Source: Candidatus Binatia bacterium (GTDB lineage: Bacteria; Desulfobacterota; Binatia; Bin18). From it: a stretch of 17,496 bases of DNA. Shown here in pieces: positions 1 through 8,102 of the stretch. The DNA lies in assembly GCA_963664395.2 (NCBI GenBank), contig CAXXIS010000007.1, forward strand, positions 1-17,496, written 5' to 3'. Position numbers and translations under genes: made by a program. How positions within the stretch are numbered: the first letter of the stretch is position 1; each line of letters begins with the position of its first letter. The notes under the pieces were generated by a model that saw nothing but the letters and a program-made list of their open reading frames with translations, was not told where the DNA came from and did no database searches.

Positions 1-508
1 CAACTTTTTGAGTATGATGGCCCACCGCCAGGAGGTCGTTGAGCCCATGTGGCGAGCCTATGTTGACATGTTCGAGGGCGGCATCGTCGAGCCACCGCTC
101 AAGGAGCTGGTGCGTATCAAAATTGCCTATCTGAACGGGTGTTTATTTTGACAGGGCTTTCGCTATGCATCGGTGATGCAAAAAGGACTGACCGAAGAAA
201 AAATCGCCCAACTCGAGGATTATGAAAACAGCCCAGCCTTTACTCCCCGCGAGAAGAGCGCCCTCCGCTATGCCGAAAAGCTGGCCGTTGATGTCGACGC
301 TATGGATAATGACGAGTTCTTTAGCGGGCTACAGCAACATTTTACCGACGCCGAGATCGTGGAGCTCGGTATCGTGATTGGATATGACATCGCCTTTGGT
401 CGGCTGCTGCGCGTGTTTGACGCCGACCCGAAGGTGTGTGAAGTCCCGGAGCATCGGGAGGTTGGTATAGACGTTAGCCAATCCCCCGCTCTGTCCGCAG
501 CAAAGTAG
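1..508 (+). CDS. AhpD-like / carboxymuconolactone decarboxylase family protein, probable selenoprotein (CxxU); 5'-truncated by the window edge
   Basis: Frame 2 is open from base 2 and reads NFLSMMAHRQEVVEPMWRAYVDMFEGGIVEPPLKELVRIKIAYLNGCLF-[TGA 149-151]-QGFRYASVMQKGLTEEKI..., continuing in frame into ORF 173..508. KELVRIKIAxLNGCxx(C/U) is the AhpD/CMD active-site helix. The downstream FTPREKSALRYAEKL and LQQHFTDAEIVEL segments are typical of the same family. Confidence 0.85.
152..190 (+). promoter_or_regulatory. Putative bacterial SECIS element
   Basis: Lies immediately 3' of the in-frame TGA. Upper stem TGCATC(166-171)/GATGCA(175-180) closes a GGT loop. Lower pairings are CTTT(157-160)/AAAG(182-185) and CAG(152-154)/CTG(188-190). 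The G-led apical loop starts 20 nt after the UGA, as in the bacterial SECIS model. Confidence 0.65.
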
Positions 509-518
509 TGAGTGCTAC

Positions 519-552
519 GGGTGGGTCAGCAGCCGGCCCACCCTCTTCTCTT
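519..552 (+). terminator. Probable intrinsic terminator downstream of the AhpD-like gene
   Basis: GGGTGGGTC(519-527)/GGCCCACCC(535-543) stem with one G-U pair, followed by pyrimidine-rich TCTTCTCTT; lies between convergent genes. Confidence 0.45.
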
Positions 553-574
553 GGCTAGCTTACCGGAACGTCTC

Positions 575-596
575 GGCGCTGTCGTCAGACAGCGCC
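575..596 (-). terminator. Hairpin just downstream of the thiolase stop codon
   Basis: Perfect 9-bp stem GGCGCTGTC/GACAGCGCC with a 4-nt loop, 2 nt beyond the thiolase stop. No clear U-tract. Confidence 0.4.
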
Positions 597-598
597 CC

Positions 599-1840
599 TC
601 AGATCCGTTCGATAATCGTGGCAATGCCCATGCCGCCGCCGATACACATGGTGACCAGCCCGGTGGTTTTATCCTGACGTTCGAGTTCGTCGAGGACGGT
701 TCCTATGAGCATGCTGCCGGTTGCGCCGAGCGGATGACCGAGAGCGATCGCCCCACCGTTGACGTTAACCGTGTCCGGGTCCATGTCACAGCCGCGCATG
801 GTTTTCAGGGGGACAACCGCAAACGCCTCGTTGATCTCAATCAGGTCAATATCAGTGATTGTCATACCGGCTTTCTTGAGCACCTTTTTGGTAGCCGGAA
901 CCGGTGCGGTCAACATAATAATAGGCTCATCCCCCGCGGTTGCGGTGGCGACAATCCGAGCGCGCGGTTTCATACCGTGGCTGCGGGCATACTCCGGAGA
1001 GGTAAGCAGCAGGGCTCCCGCACCGTCAACGATGCCTGAAGAATTGCCGGCGTGATGGACATGGTTGATCTCTTGCACATCCGTGTAGCGTGACAGCGCC
1101 TTTTCGTCGAAACTCAGCGTGTCGCCCTTTTGGACATACTTTCCCAGTTCCGCAAAGGAAGGGGGCAGTTGGCCAAGCCCTTCAAGCGTCGTGCCTGGTC
1201 GCGGGTATTCATCGTGTTCGAGGATCACGTTGCCTTCAGCATCGCGCACGGGGATCAGGCTCTTTTTCAGACGGCCCTCTTTGTGAGCACGGGCATAGCG
1301 CTGCTGGCTCGACAGCGCGAATGTGTCACAATCTTCGCGGCCAAACCCCTCTCGGGTGGCAATCAAATCACCTGAGATGCCTTGCTGTACAAGCGGATGG
1401 AGTTGGCGCAGATGGCGATTATGGCCGTCGATCCCACCCCGGTCCGCATTCATCGGCACGCGGGACATGGACTCCACACCACCGGCAACCACCACGTCCT
1501 GCTCGCCGGACTTGATGCCCATAGCCGCAAAATTCACCGCCTGCTGTCCTGAGCCGCAGAAACGGTTAATCGTGACACCCGTCGAATCGTTCGGCCACTC
1601 GGCTGCCAGCACAGACATCCGGGCGATGCACATCGCCTGTTCACCATACGCAGTCACACAGCCCACCACCACGTCTTCAACGTCAAGCGGGTCCAAGTGG
1701 TTCCGTTCTTTTGTGGCATTCAGGACTTGCGCCATAAGCTCCTGGGGATGGAGTCCTGCCAGCGCCCCGTCTTTCTTGCCCCGCCCACGCGGGGTGCGAA
1801 CTGCATCAATAATCCAGGCTTCGCCCATGACTTCCTCCAT
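599..1840 (-). CDS. Acetyl-CoA C-acetyltransferase / 3-ketoacyl-CoA thiolase
   Basis: Thiolase motifs [17 protein letters not shown] (catalytic Cys), [20 protein letters not shown] and TMCIGGGMG. The start may be the second ATG (1828). Confidence 0.97.
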   Translation of the reverse strand: MEEVMGEAWIIDAVRTPRGRGKKDGALAGLHPQELMAQVLNATKERNHLDPLDVEDVVVGCVTAYGEQAMCIARMSVLAAEWPNDSTGVTINRFCGSGQQAVNFAAMGIKSGEQDVVVAGGVESMSRVPMNADRGGIDGHNRHLRQLHPLVQQGISGDLIATREGFGREDCDTFALSSQQRYARAHKEGRLKKSLIPVRDAEGNVILEHDEYPRPGTTLEGLGQLPPSFAELGKYVQKGDTLSFDEKALSRYTDVQEINHVHHAGNSSGIVDGAGALLLTSPEYARSHGMKPRARIVATATAGDEPIIMLTAPVPATKKVLKKAGMTITDIDLIEINEAFAVVPLKTMRGCDMDPDTVNVNGGAIALGHPLGATGSMLIGTVLDELERQDKTTGLVTMCIGGGMGIATIIERI

Positions 1841-1923
1841 CGTTTCCTATCAGACAACTCAGTTGGGAATTCTATAGCGGTGGCCGCGGGCGAGAGGGGA
1901 TTGTCCGTGTTTCAGCGACATCC

Positions 1924-1964
1924 GCCAAGTCGGGGGGACAGACAATTGCGCGTCCCGACTTGGC
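1924..1964. repeat. Intergenic inverted repeat (11-bp arms)
   Basis: GCCAAGTCGGG (1924-1934) / CCCGACTTGGC (1954-1964) with a 19-nt spacer, between the GPP34-like gene stop and the thiolase upstream region. Confidence 0.6.
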
Positions 1965-1989
1965 TCCTGACACCGCTGGCGTAGTCGGT

Positions 1990-2643
1990 TCAGCGCTGCG
2001 CCAGCGCCATCGCCGTCATGACTGCCTGTTCAATTTCAGCGATCACGCTGCCGACTTCGCGGCCGATCAGATCCATCTTGCGGAGCTGCTCGATACGGGG
2101 ACCGGACCGCTCAAGCTCGCGGGCGGCGAATATGTCGCCCAGGAAGCCACAGGCATCGACCAGACAGATCAGGGCGACATCCCTGGGATCGGGGATATCG
2201 TCGGACAGCAACACGTCCTCAATCCGCAATTTGACCTCGCGTTCGACGCGCCCGTCGATCGTCGGATAGCGCCGTGAACGGAAGACCCACAGGAATTTCT
2301 TGTCCTGGGACTCCAGAATGCCGCGCTCGATCAAACTGGCCAGCGCCTGCTGCCGGATTCCGGTCGTCTCCTGGCCGGCCAGTGTCTCTATCCAGCCCTT
2401 GGTATTCTTTGTCTCGCCGGAATTCGCAATATACGCCAGGGCCTGATCGAACATCGGGTTGCCGGTCGGCGTCGAGTCGAGACTCACGAGTTGCTCGGGG
2501 TCGGTGTCGATTCGGTTGGCGAAGGCCAAGTCCATCAGTACCGCGCCGGCAAGGATGTATTCCACGGCTCCCCCACGGATTGGCAGGAACGCCCCGTCAT
2601 CATCCAGCATCAACAGCAGTATCTCTTCAGCGAATGTCAGCAT
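1990..2643 (-). CDS. GPP34 / GOLPH3-VPS74 family protein
   Basis: N-terminal MLTFAEEILLLMLDD, then LAGAVLMDLAFANRI, LIERGILE...KKFLWVFRSRRYP and DPRDVALICLVDAC, all characteristic of bacterial GPP34 proteins. Confidence 0.85.
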   Translation of the reverse strand: MLTFAEEILLLMLDDDGAFLPIRGGAVEYILAGAVLMDLAFANRIDTDPEQLVSLDSTPTGNPMFDQALAYIANSGETKNTKGWIETLAGQETTGIRQQALASLIERGILESQDKKFLWVFRSRRYPTIDGRVEREVKLRIEDVLLSDDIPDPRDVALICLVDACGFLGDIFAARELERSGPRIEQLRKMDLIGREVGSVIAEIEQAVMTAMALAQR

Positions 2644-2653
2644 AGCGCCGTCC

Positions 2654-2989
2654 TCAGGACCCCGCGGCCAGGGCGGCAGCGCGGGTGTCGTAGTAGTCGA
2701 GCATCGTCAGGAACCCGCTGACCTCCATGACCGCTTTGCACGTAGCCCTGAGCGCGCAGACCGTCAATTTGCCGCCGCCCTGTTGGCATTTTTTGGCACC
2801 AACGAGCACGACGCGCAGGCCGGCGCTGCTGATGTAATCCATCTTGCTGCAATCAAGCAGCACGCGGGTATCGCCGCGTTCGACGATGGCCGAAATGCAC
2901 TTCTCCAGATCCGGCGCGGTAGAACCGTCAACGCGCCCGTCCGGCGCGACGACCACCACGGAGTCTATCGTTTGCTCTTCAATTTTCAT
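2654..2989 (-). CDS. STAS-domain anti-sigma factor antagonist
   Basis: Starting at ATG 2989 (MKIEEQ...): GRVDGSTAPDL, LLDCSKMDYISSAGLRVVL (phosphorylatable Ser motif) and VMEVSGF. 111 aa; the longer 3115 start in the ORF track is unlikely. Confidence 0.92.
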   Translation of the reverse strand: MKIEEQTIDSVVVVAPDGRVDGSTAPDLEKCISAIVERGDTRVLLDCSKMDYISSAGLRVVLVGAKKCQQGGGKLTVCALRATCKAVMEVSGFLTMLDYYDTRAAALAAGS

Positions 2990-3200
2990 TGGGCAGCCTT
3001 TCTCTTCAATCTCGACCGAATAGCCGCGTTCAGCCGTCTGGCTGAGGCAGGGATAGCACAGCGGCCGGTAGGCGGCAACCCTTTCTTGACCGCCAGCGAA
3101 GCCCGCTCGTGGCAAGCCTCACTCTTGGCGAGGGCGATAATTGCTGGCAGAATGTCCTAAATTCAAGAGGCTGGACACCAAATCAAAAAGGGAGATGCGT

Positions 3201-4421
3201 ATGGACAACGGAATTTTATCAGGACTGCGAGTGATCGACTGCGGGACCTATGTTGCCGGACCGGCCTCGACGACCATTATGTCGGATTTCGGGGCCGAGG
3301 TATTGAAGATTGAGCGACCCCAGGGCGGCGACCTCTACCGCTCCATGTCGGATTTACCCGGCTTTGCCAAGGCAGACCTCAACTGGGGCTGGATTCTGAC
3401 CAGTCGGAATAAGAAGAGCGTCGCCCTCGACCTGGCTTCACCCCAGGGCAGAGAGGTGCTCATTCGGCTGGTCAAGACTGCGGACGTGTTTGTCTCCAAC
3501 TACCAGCATCCGCTGCTCGAAAAGTTCCGGCTGACCTGGGCTGACCTTCAGCCGGAAAACGAGCGACTCATCTATGCCCATCTGAGCGGCTACGGAGATG
3601 CGGGCGAGGATGCCGACGCACCAACCTTTGACGCGCTGGCCTATTGGGCGCGCTCGGGCCTGATGATGAGCGTCGTGGGCATGGACGGCACGCCCAGCGG
3701 CCCACGCCCCGGCATGGGCGACCACCCGACCTCGGTCTCTCTATTTGGCGCGATTATGCTCGGCCTGTATCAGCGCGAACGCACCGGACGGGGCTTAAAG
3801 GTCGGGACCTCGTTACTGGCCAGCGGAGCCTGGGCCAACGCCTGCGACCTCCAGGCCAAATTCTGCAACGCCACGTTTCCGGAACGCGGCGACGACGGCA
3901 CGCCGCCCAACCCGCTGGCAGCCGGCTATCGGAGTCGTGACGGCAAAGCCTTCTTGGCTATCCTGCTCGACCCCGACAAGGAATTTCCCAATCTGTGCAA
4001 GGCTCTCGGCCAAGCCGACCTGGCCACCAACCCGCTGTTTGCCACCAACGAGGCCAGAGCGGAGAATGCCACAGCCCTCTTTGCCATTTTACAGGGCCAG
4101 TTTGAATCGCGGGACCTCGATGAATGGCGGGGGCTGTTCAAGCAGTCTGATATCAAATGGGCGCCCCTGCCGGTGCGAGACGAGGTGGTCGAAGACCCGC
4201 AGATGCGGGCCGCCGGCGCCTTTGTGGATATGGAGTACCCTGGGCACGGCACGCTGACGACCATCAACAGCCCCATTTTTACGACCGCCGGTGACAAGCG
4301 AACGCCCACCCCGGCGCCGCAGTTGGGCGATCATACCGGCGAGATCCTGCGCGACCTGGGGTATGACGAAGCAGCCATAGCCGCGCTGGTGCGTGACGGC
4401 GTGGCCGCGGTGGGTGAGTAA
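3201..4421 (+). CDS. CaiB/BaiF family (class III) CoA-transferase
   Basis: LSGLRVID...AGP, GAEVLKIERP-GGD, RNKKSVALDL, TFDALA (catalytic Asp region) and PAPQLGDHT. ATG at 3201 is preceded by an SD-like AGGGAG. Confidence 0.95.
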   Translation: MDNGILSGLRVIDCGTYVAGPASTTIMSDFGAEVLKIERPQGGDLYRSMSDLPGFAKADLNWGWILTSRNKKSVALDLASPQGREVLIRLVKTADVFVSNYQHPLLEKFRLTWADLQPENERLIYAHLSGYGDAGEDADAPTFDALAYWARSGLMMSVVGMDGTPSGPRPGMGDHPTSVSLFGAIMLGLYQRERTGRGLKVGTSLLASGAWANACDLQAKFCNATFPERGDDGTPPNPLAAGYRSRDGKAFLAILLDPDKEFPNLCKALGQADLATNPLFATNEARAENATALFAILQGQFESRDLDEWRGLFKQSDIKWAPLPVRDEVVEDPQMRAAGAFVDMEYPGHGTLTTINSPIFTTAGDKRTPTPAPQLGDHTGEILRDLGYDEAAIAALVRDGVAAVGE

Positions 4422-4430
4422 CTTCAGCCA

Positions 4431-4472
4431 GTAGTGTCGGATGACGCCTGTGGCTCATCCGGCCTACGGACT
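4431..4472. repeat. REP-like palindromic repeat, copy 1
   Basis: GTAGTGTCGGATGACGCCTGTGGCTCATCCGGCCTACGGACT; imperfect hairpin, near-identical to the copies at 7503 and 8023. Confidence 0.8.
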
Positions 4473-4521
4473 GGGGAGTTGGGTGATGCTGCACGTATCA
4501 TTCTGAGAAAGGGGGAATACG

Positions 4522-5163
4522 ATGAGCGATCCATCCAATATTGATCCATCACTTCGAGATTTCATCAAGGACGAAGCAGACAGAGCTCGGGGCGAAGCGA
4601 TAGCTGATACTGATCGCTTGCGTCGCGACTTCAAAGTGGCAGGTATCGTCATCACCCCTCTCCTGGCTCTGGCAGCTTTCTTTGGCATCCCGACGCTGAT
4701 CAATAACGCGGTCGAAAAAGCCATGAAAGAATATGCTATCAAGGAAGTCAGTGAGAGGGCGGAGGAAATTAGCAAGAATTTGGAAGAGACGAACGATAAA
4801 GCAGGAATGCTCCTCAATAATATTACAGAAGCCGCTAACAAGGTGGCGGAAGAAAAAAGACTCTTCCTGGAAGAGTTGGTTGGTCTGGGCATCGAAACTC
4901 GTCGCTACCGGCTAAACTTACCCCAAAGACAAGGAACTTACTCTTACGAGACCGGTCTGAAGAAGACCAAATTCGAGGCAGCCATAGTGAGTAGTTGGAG
5001 ACTTTCGGGAGCGCGCTGCTCATACTCTGACTTGGAGGAGACTTGGCGAATCAAGGTTACCAAACCGCTAGGCTGTCCAAGACTGGATGTACGGATCGTG
5101 TATTTGCCTACTGCAATCGTAAAGAAGGCTTATGATAGCGTAACACTGAATCCCATCAGGTAG
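4522..5163 (+). CDS. Hypothetical single-pass membrane protein with coiled-coil region
   Basis: 213-aa ORF with a purine-rich SD (GGGGGAA), one hydrophobic stretch (VAGIVITPLLALAAFFGIPTLI), then an E/K-rich helical segment. No family recognised. Confidence 0.7.
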   Translation: MSDPSNIDPSLRDFIKDEADRARGEAIADTDRLRRDFKVAGIVITPLLALAAFFGIPTLINNAVEKAMKEYAIKEVSERAEEISKNLEETNDKAGMLLNNITEAANKVAEEKRLFLEELVGLGIETRRYRLNLPQRQGTYSYETGLKKTKFEAAIVSSWRLSGARCSYSDLEETWRIKVTKPLGCPRLDVRIVYLPTAIVKKAYDSVTLNPIR

Positions 5164-5347
5164 GGGCGATGCGTCGTGATGAAGCACATCCTCGATACGG
5201 GAGAAACGCTTATAGATTACTTGATCGTCCTTCAAAATCCTGTTGAACTCAATGAATGCCTGACATCATGAAGACCCCACAATATACCCTAGGCCGCCAT
5301 GAACGTGGAGGAATTTCCGTCTTCCATATTTCTTGAGCCCCATACCG

Positions 5348-6682
5348 ATGCCAATAGCGACTGAGACGCTTCCCCATACGAGCGGCGCCCGGAATAACCA
5401 GAACAAGCTCCGGCCCGAAGACCAGCCGGTTCACGACTGGTATCGGTTTGTACTGTCATTCCCACCCCACTTGGTCCGTGACTATCTTGGACGGTTTGGC
5501 GTTCGCCCCTCCGAGACGGTTCTCGATCCATTCTGCGGAACCGGCACCACATTGGTTGAGTGTAAGAAACTCGGCATTCGGAGTGTCGGAATCGAGTCGA
5601 ACCCCATGGCGCACCTCGCAAGCTCGGTAAAAGTCGATTGGTCAGTCGATCGTACCGGACTTCTGGACTATGCCGAGCAGGTTGTCACGTCAGCGAGAAA
5701 AACTCTGGAACAACAGGGCATAAGTGAATGGACCGGCCTCCCGCTGTTTACCGCTACTAGACCGGAACACTCACCGCTGGCCGAACTGCGTCCTGAGCAG
5801 TTAAAATTGCTATTAAAGGACTCAATCAGCCCTCTCCCCCTGCACAAGACCTTAATGTTGCTGGACGCAATCGACCGACAGGGCGACCGGCAGATGCAGC
5901 AATACGGACGGCTCGCACTGGCCAGTGCGCTGGTACAGCGTATCGGCAACCTGAAGTTTGGCCCGGAAGTAGGGGTTGGGAGGATGAAGGATGACGCTCC
6001 GGTCTTCGATGCCTGGCTTGACCGTGTCCGGTCCATGGCAAGCAACATTGGTCTCGTCGGAGACCGAGCTGACGTGACCGCCCGAGTCATTAAGGCCGAC
6101 TCCCGACAGATCGGCCAGATTCTGGAGCCGCAATCGGTCGATGTGGTCATCACGTCCCCGCCATACCCAAACGAGAAAGACTATACGCGCACGACGCGCT
6201 TGGAGTCCGTCATCCTTGGATTGATACGCAACAAACAGGACTTGCGGGCGCTGAAACAGGGCTTGGTCAGATCCAATACGAGGGGTGTGTACAAATCGGA
6301 TACGGACGATCTTGAGGTTGCGGACAATGTCGAAATACGAAACATCGCCGAGGCCATTGAGCAACGTCGGGTTGCGTTGGGAAAAACCTCCGGCTTCGAG
6401 CGGCTCTATCCACGCGTCACCCGGCTGTACTTTGGCGGTATGGCACGACATCTGGCTTCCCTCCGGCCCGTCCTCAAACCGGGGGCGCGACTCGCTTATG
6501 TGGTGGGCGACCAGGCGTCCTATCTGCGGGTCATGATTCGGACAGGGCGTCTGCTGGCCGAACTGGCGCAATCGTTGAACTACACTGTTGCTGGCATTGA
6601 CCTGTTTCGGACCCGGCTGTCAACGGTGACCGGCGAGCAGCTTCGGGAAGAAGTCGTTCTGCTCGAATGGCCGGGTCACTGA
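5348..6682 (+). CDS. Site-specific DNA methyltransferase, amino-type (probably N4-cytosine), alpha-class motif order
   Basis: VHDWYRFVLSF, motif I VLDPFCGTGTT near the N-terminus, motif IV VITSPPY in the C-terminal half, then LKPGARLAYVVGD. Start is ATG 5348 or TTG 5333. Confidence 0.92.
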   Translation: MPIATETLPHTSGARNNQNKLRPEDQPVHDWYRFVLSFPPHLVRDYLGRFGVRPSETVLDPFCGTGTTLVECKKLGIRSVGIESNPMAHLASSVKVDWSVDRTGLLDYAEQVVTSARKTLEQQGISEWTGLPLFTATRPEHSPLAELRPEQLKLLLKDSISPLPLHKTLMLLDAIDRQGDRQMQQYGRLALASALVQRIGNLKFGPEVGVGRMKDDAPVFDAWLDRVRSMASNIGLVGDRADVTARVIKADSRQIGQILEPQSVDVVITSPPYPNEKDYTRTTRLESVILGLIRNKQDLRALKQGLVRSNTRGVYKSDTDDLEVADNVEIRNIAEAIEQRRVALGKTSGFERLYPRVTRLYFGGMARHLASLRPVLKPGARLAYVVGDQASYLRVMIRTGRLLAELAQSLNYTVAGIDLFRTRLSTVTGEQLREEVVLLEWPGH

Positions 6683-7497
6683 CCGAGAGGGGGTACGCTA
6701 TTCCGTCCCGGAACCGCTATGTGGCGATCATTGAGGCGATTTTTCACGCCAAGTATCAACCTGGACAACGGGCGGTGGCTTTCGAGCGAGAAGATATCGT
6801 CACGTTCGCATCCAGACTGAATATCCAGCTTCCCAAAAATCTGGGCGACTTGGTCTACAGCTTCAGATATCGAACTGCGCTCCCGTCGAGCATTCTTGCC
6901 GAGGCTCCTGCAGGAGAAACCTGGATCATTCGTCCCGCAGGACGGAGTCGATACCAATTTGTCTTGGTGGCCGACAGGCCGCTCATTCCTAACCCGAACC
7001 TTGCGGTGACGAAGGTCCCCGACGCGACTCCCGGAATCATCGCGAAATATGCGTTCAATGATGAGCAAGCTGTCCTGGCTCGTATTCGTTACAACCGATT
7101 GATCGACATCTTCTTGGGGATAGTCTGCTATTCGCTCCAAAACCATCTGAGGACGACTGTGCCTCAAATGGGCCAAGTAGAGACGGATGAAATATACGTG
7201 GGTGTGGACAAGAGCGGCTCTCATTACGTCGTACCTGTCCAGGCCAAGGGGGAGAAGGATACGCTCAGCAGAGTTCAGATTGAGCAAGACATAGGGCTGT
7301 GCGCCGATAGACTCCCGTCTCTGATCTGCCGGCCCGTTGGAGCGCAGCCCATGCGGGACAACCTGATTGTGCTCTTTGAGTTTGAGCACGCGAGTGGCGA
7401 TGTGAGAGTAGTTTCGGAAAAGCATTATCAACTGGTGCCACCGGACGGCGTAACCGCCGAAGACCTGACCGCCTATCGACAACGACTGTCGGATTGA
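6667..7497 (+). CDS. Putative type II restriction endonuclease (PD-(D/E)XK-like)
   Basis: Overlaps the MTase 3' end by 16 nt. QVETDEIYVG...VVPVQAKG fits a D...(Q/E)xK nuclease core. 276 aa is typical of a type II REase. Confidence 0.72.
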   Translation: MAGSLTERGYAIPSRNRYVAIIEAIFHAKYQPGQRAVAFEREDIVTFASRLNIQLPKNLGDLVYSFRYRTALPSSILAEAPAGETWIIRPAGRSRYQFVLVADRPLIPNPNLAVTKVPDATPGIIAKYAFNDEQAVLARIRYNRLIDIFLGIVCYSLQNHLRTTVPQMGQVETDEIYVGVDKSGSHYVVPVQAKGEKDTLSRVQIEQDIGLCADRLPSLICRPVGAQPMRDNLIVLFEFEHASGDVRVVSEKHYQLVPPDGVTAEDLTAYRQRLSD

Positions 7498-7502
7498 TAG
7501 CC

Positions 7503-7544
7503 CGTAGGTCGTATTACGCCTGCGGCTCATCCGACCTACGGACT
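7503..7544. repeat. REP-like palindromic repeat, copy 2
   Basis: CGTAGGTCGTATTACGCCTGCGGCTCATCCGACCTACGGACT, between convergent stops (7497 and 7543). Confidence 0.85.
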
Positions 7545-7971
7545 ACCAGCCGGCCACATCTTTTCTGGCGATGATCCGGGTCGGCGTGACCCGGACGATC
7601 AGTTCTCCCGGTACGCTGTTGCGCTTGCCGTAAGCCGCGGATTGGTCGGCGCCCATATAGCGTCCACCAATCCGCGTTGCCCAGTACAGGAGTTGCTCAG
7701 GGTCATCGCTCAGGCTGACCGTGCCGTCGATCTGGACAAACGCAAACGGCGGCGTTTCATCGTCAACGCACAGGCTGACTCGCGGGTCACGCCGCAGGTT
7801 GGCCGCCTTGACGCTGGCCTGCCACGTGGAAAAGACCAGCGTCTTAGCGTCCACATCGAACCAGACCGGGACAACGTGGGGATGGCCGTTTTCTTTGACC
7901 GTGGCGCACTGAGCGGTGCGCGCCTGTTCGGTCAGAAAGGTCCAGACTTCGTCGGTCGTCATCCTTTTCAT
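7543..7971 (-). CDS. PPOX-class (pyridoxamine 5'-phosphate oxidase-like) probable F420-dependent oxidoreductase
   Basis: ATVKENGHPHVVPVWF, KAANLRRDPRVSLCVDD and FVQIDG fit the split beta-barrel family. Likely start MKRMTT at 7971 (GAGG upstream). Confidence 0.9.
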   Translation of the reverse strand: MKRMTTDEVWTFLTEQARTAQCATVKENGHPHVVPVWFDVDAKTLVFSTWQASVKAANLRRDPRVSLCVDDETPPFAFVQIDGTVSLSDDPEQLLYWATRIGGRYMGADQSAAYGKRNSVPGELIVRVTPTRIIARKDVAGW

Positions 7972-8022
7972 GACCGGAATTGTGACCTCTTTCTCATGCT
8001 GAAGCAAAGCAGCCGCAGAAAT

Positions 8023-8059
8023 GTCGGATTACGCCTGCGGCTAATCCGACCTACGGACT
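8023..8059. repeat. REP-like palindromic repeat, copy 3
   Basis: GTCGGATTACGCCTGCGGCTAATCCGACCTACGGACT; arms GTCGGATTA/TAATCCGAC pair perfectly. Confidence 0.85.
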
Positions 8060-8102
8060 CACGCGGCCTGTCGTTCCGTGTGGCGAACTGAATCAACCAT
8101 AC

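Noticed and set aside
173-508. 111-aa ORF as a standalone gene starting at GTG 173
   Set aside because: It lacks an SD and the active-site helix, and the in-frame upstream sequence supplies the missing half of the domain across the TGA.
512-1984. Several plus-strand ORFs (512..1039, 1090..1515, 1323..1877 and others)
   Set aside because: Antisense shadows of the GC-rich thiolase gene with no recognisable motifs.
6676-7530. 284-aa minus-strand ORF opposite the endonuclease gene
   Set aside because: A full antisense overlap with a gene that has nuclease motifs and is coupled to the MTase; it has no motifs of its own.
4431-8059. Repeats as a CRISPR array or integron attC sites
   Set aside because: Spacing is about 3 kb and 0.5 kb with whole genes between, there are no cas or integrase genes, and the ends do not match attC RYYYAAC/GTTRRRY.
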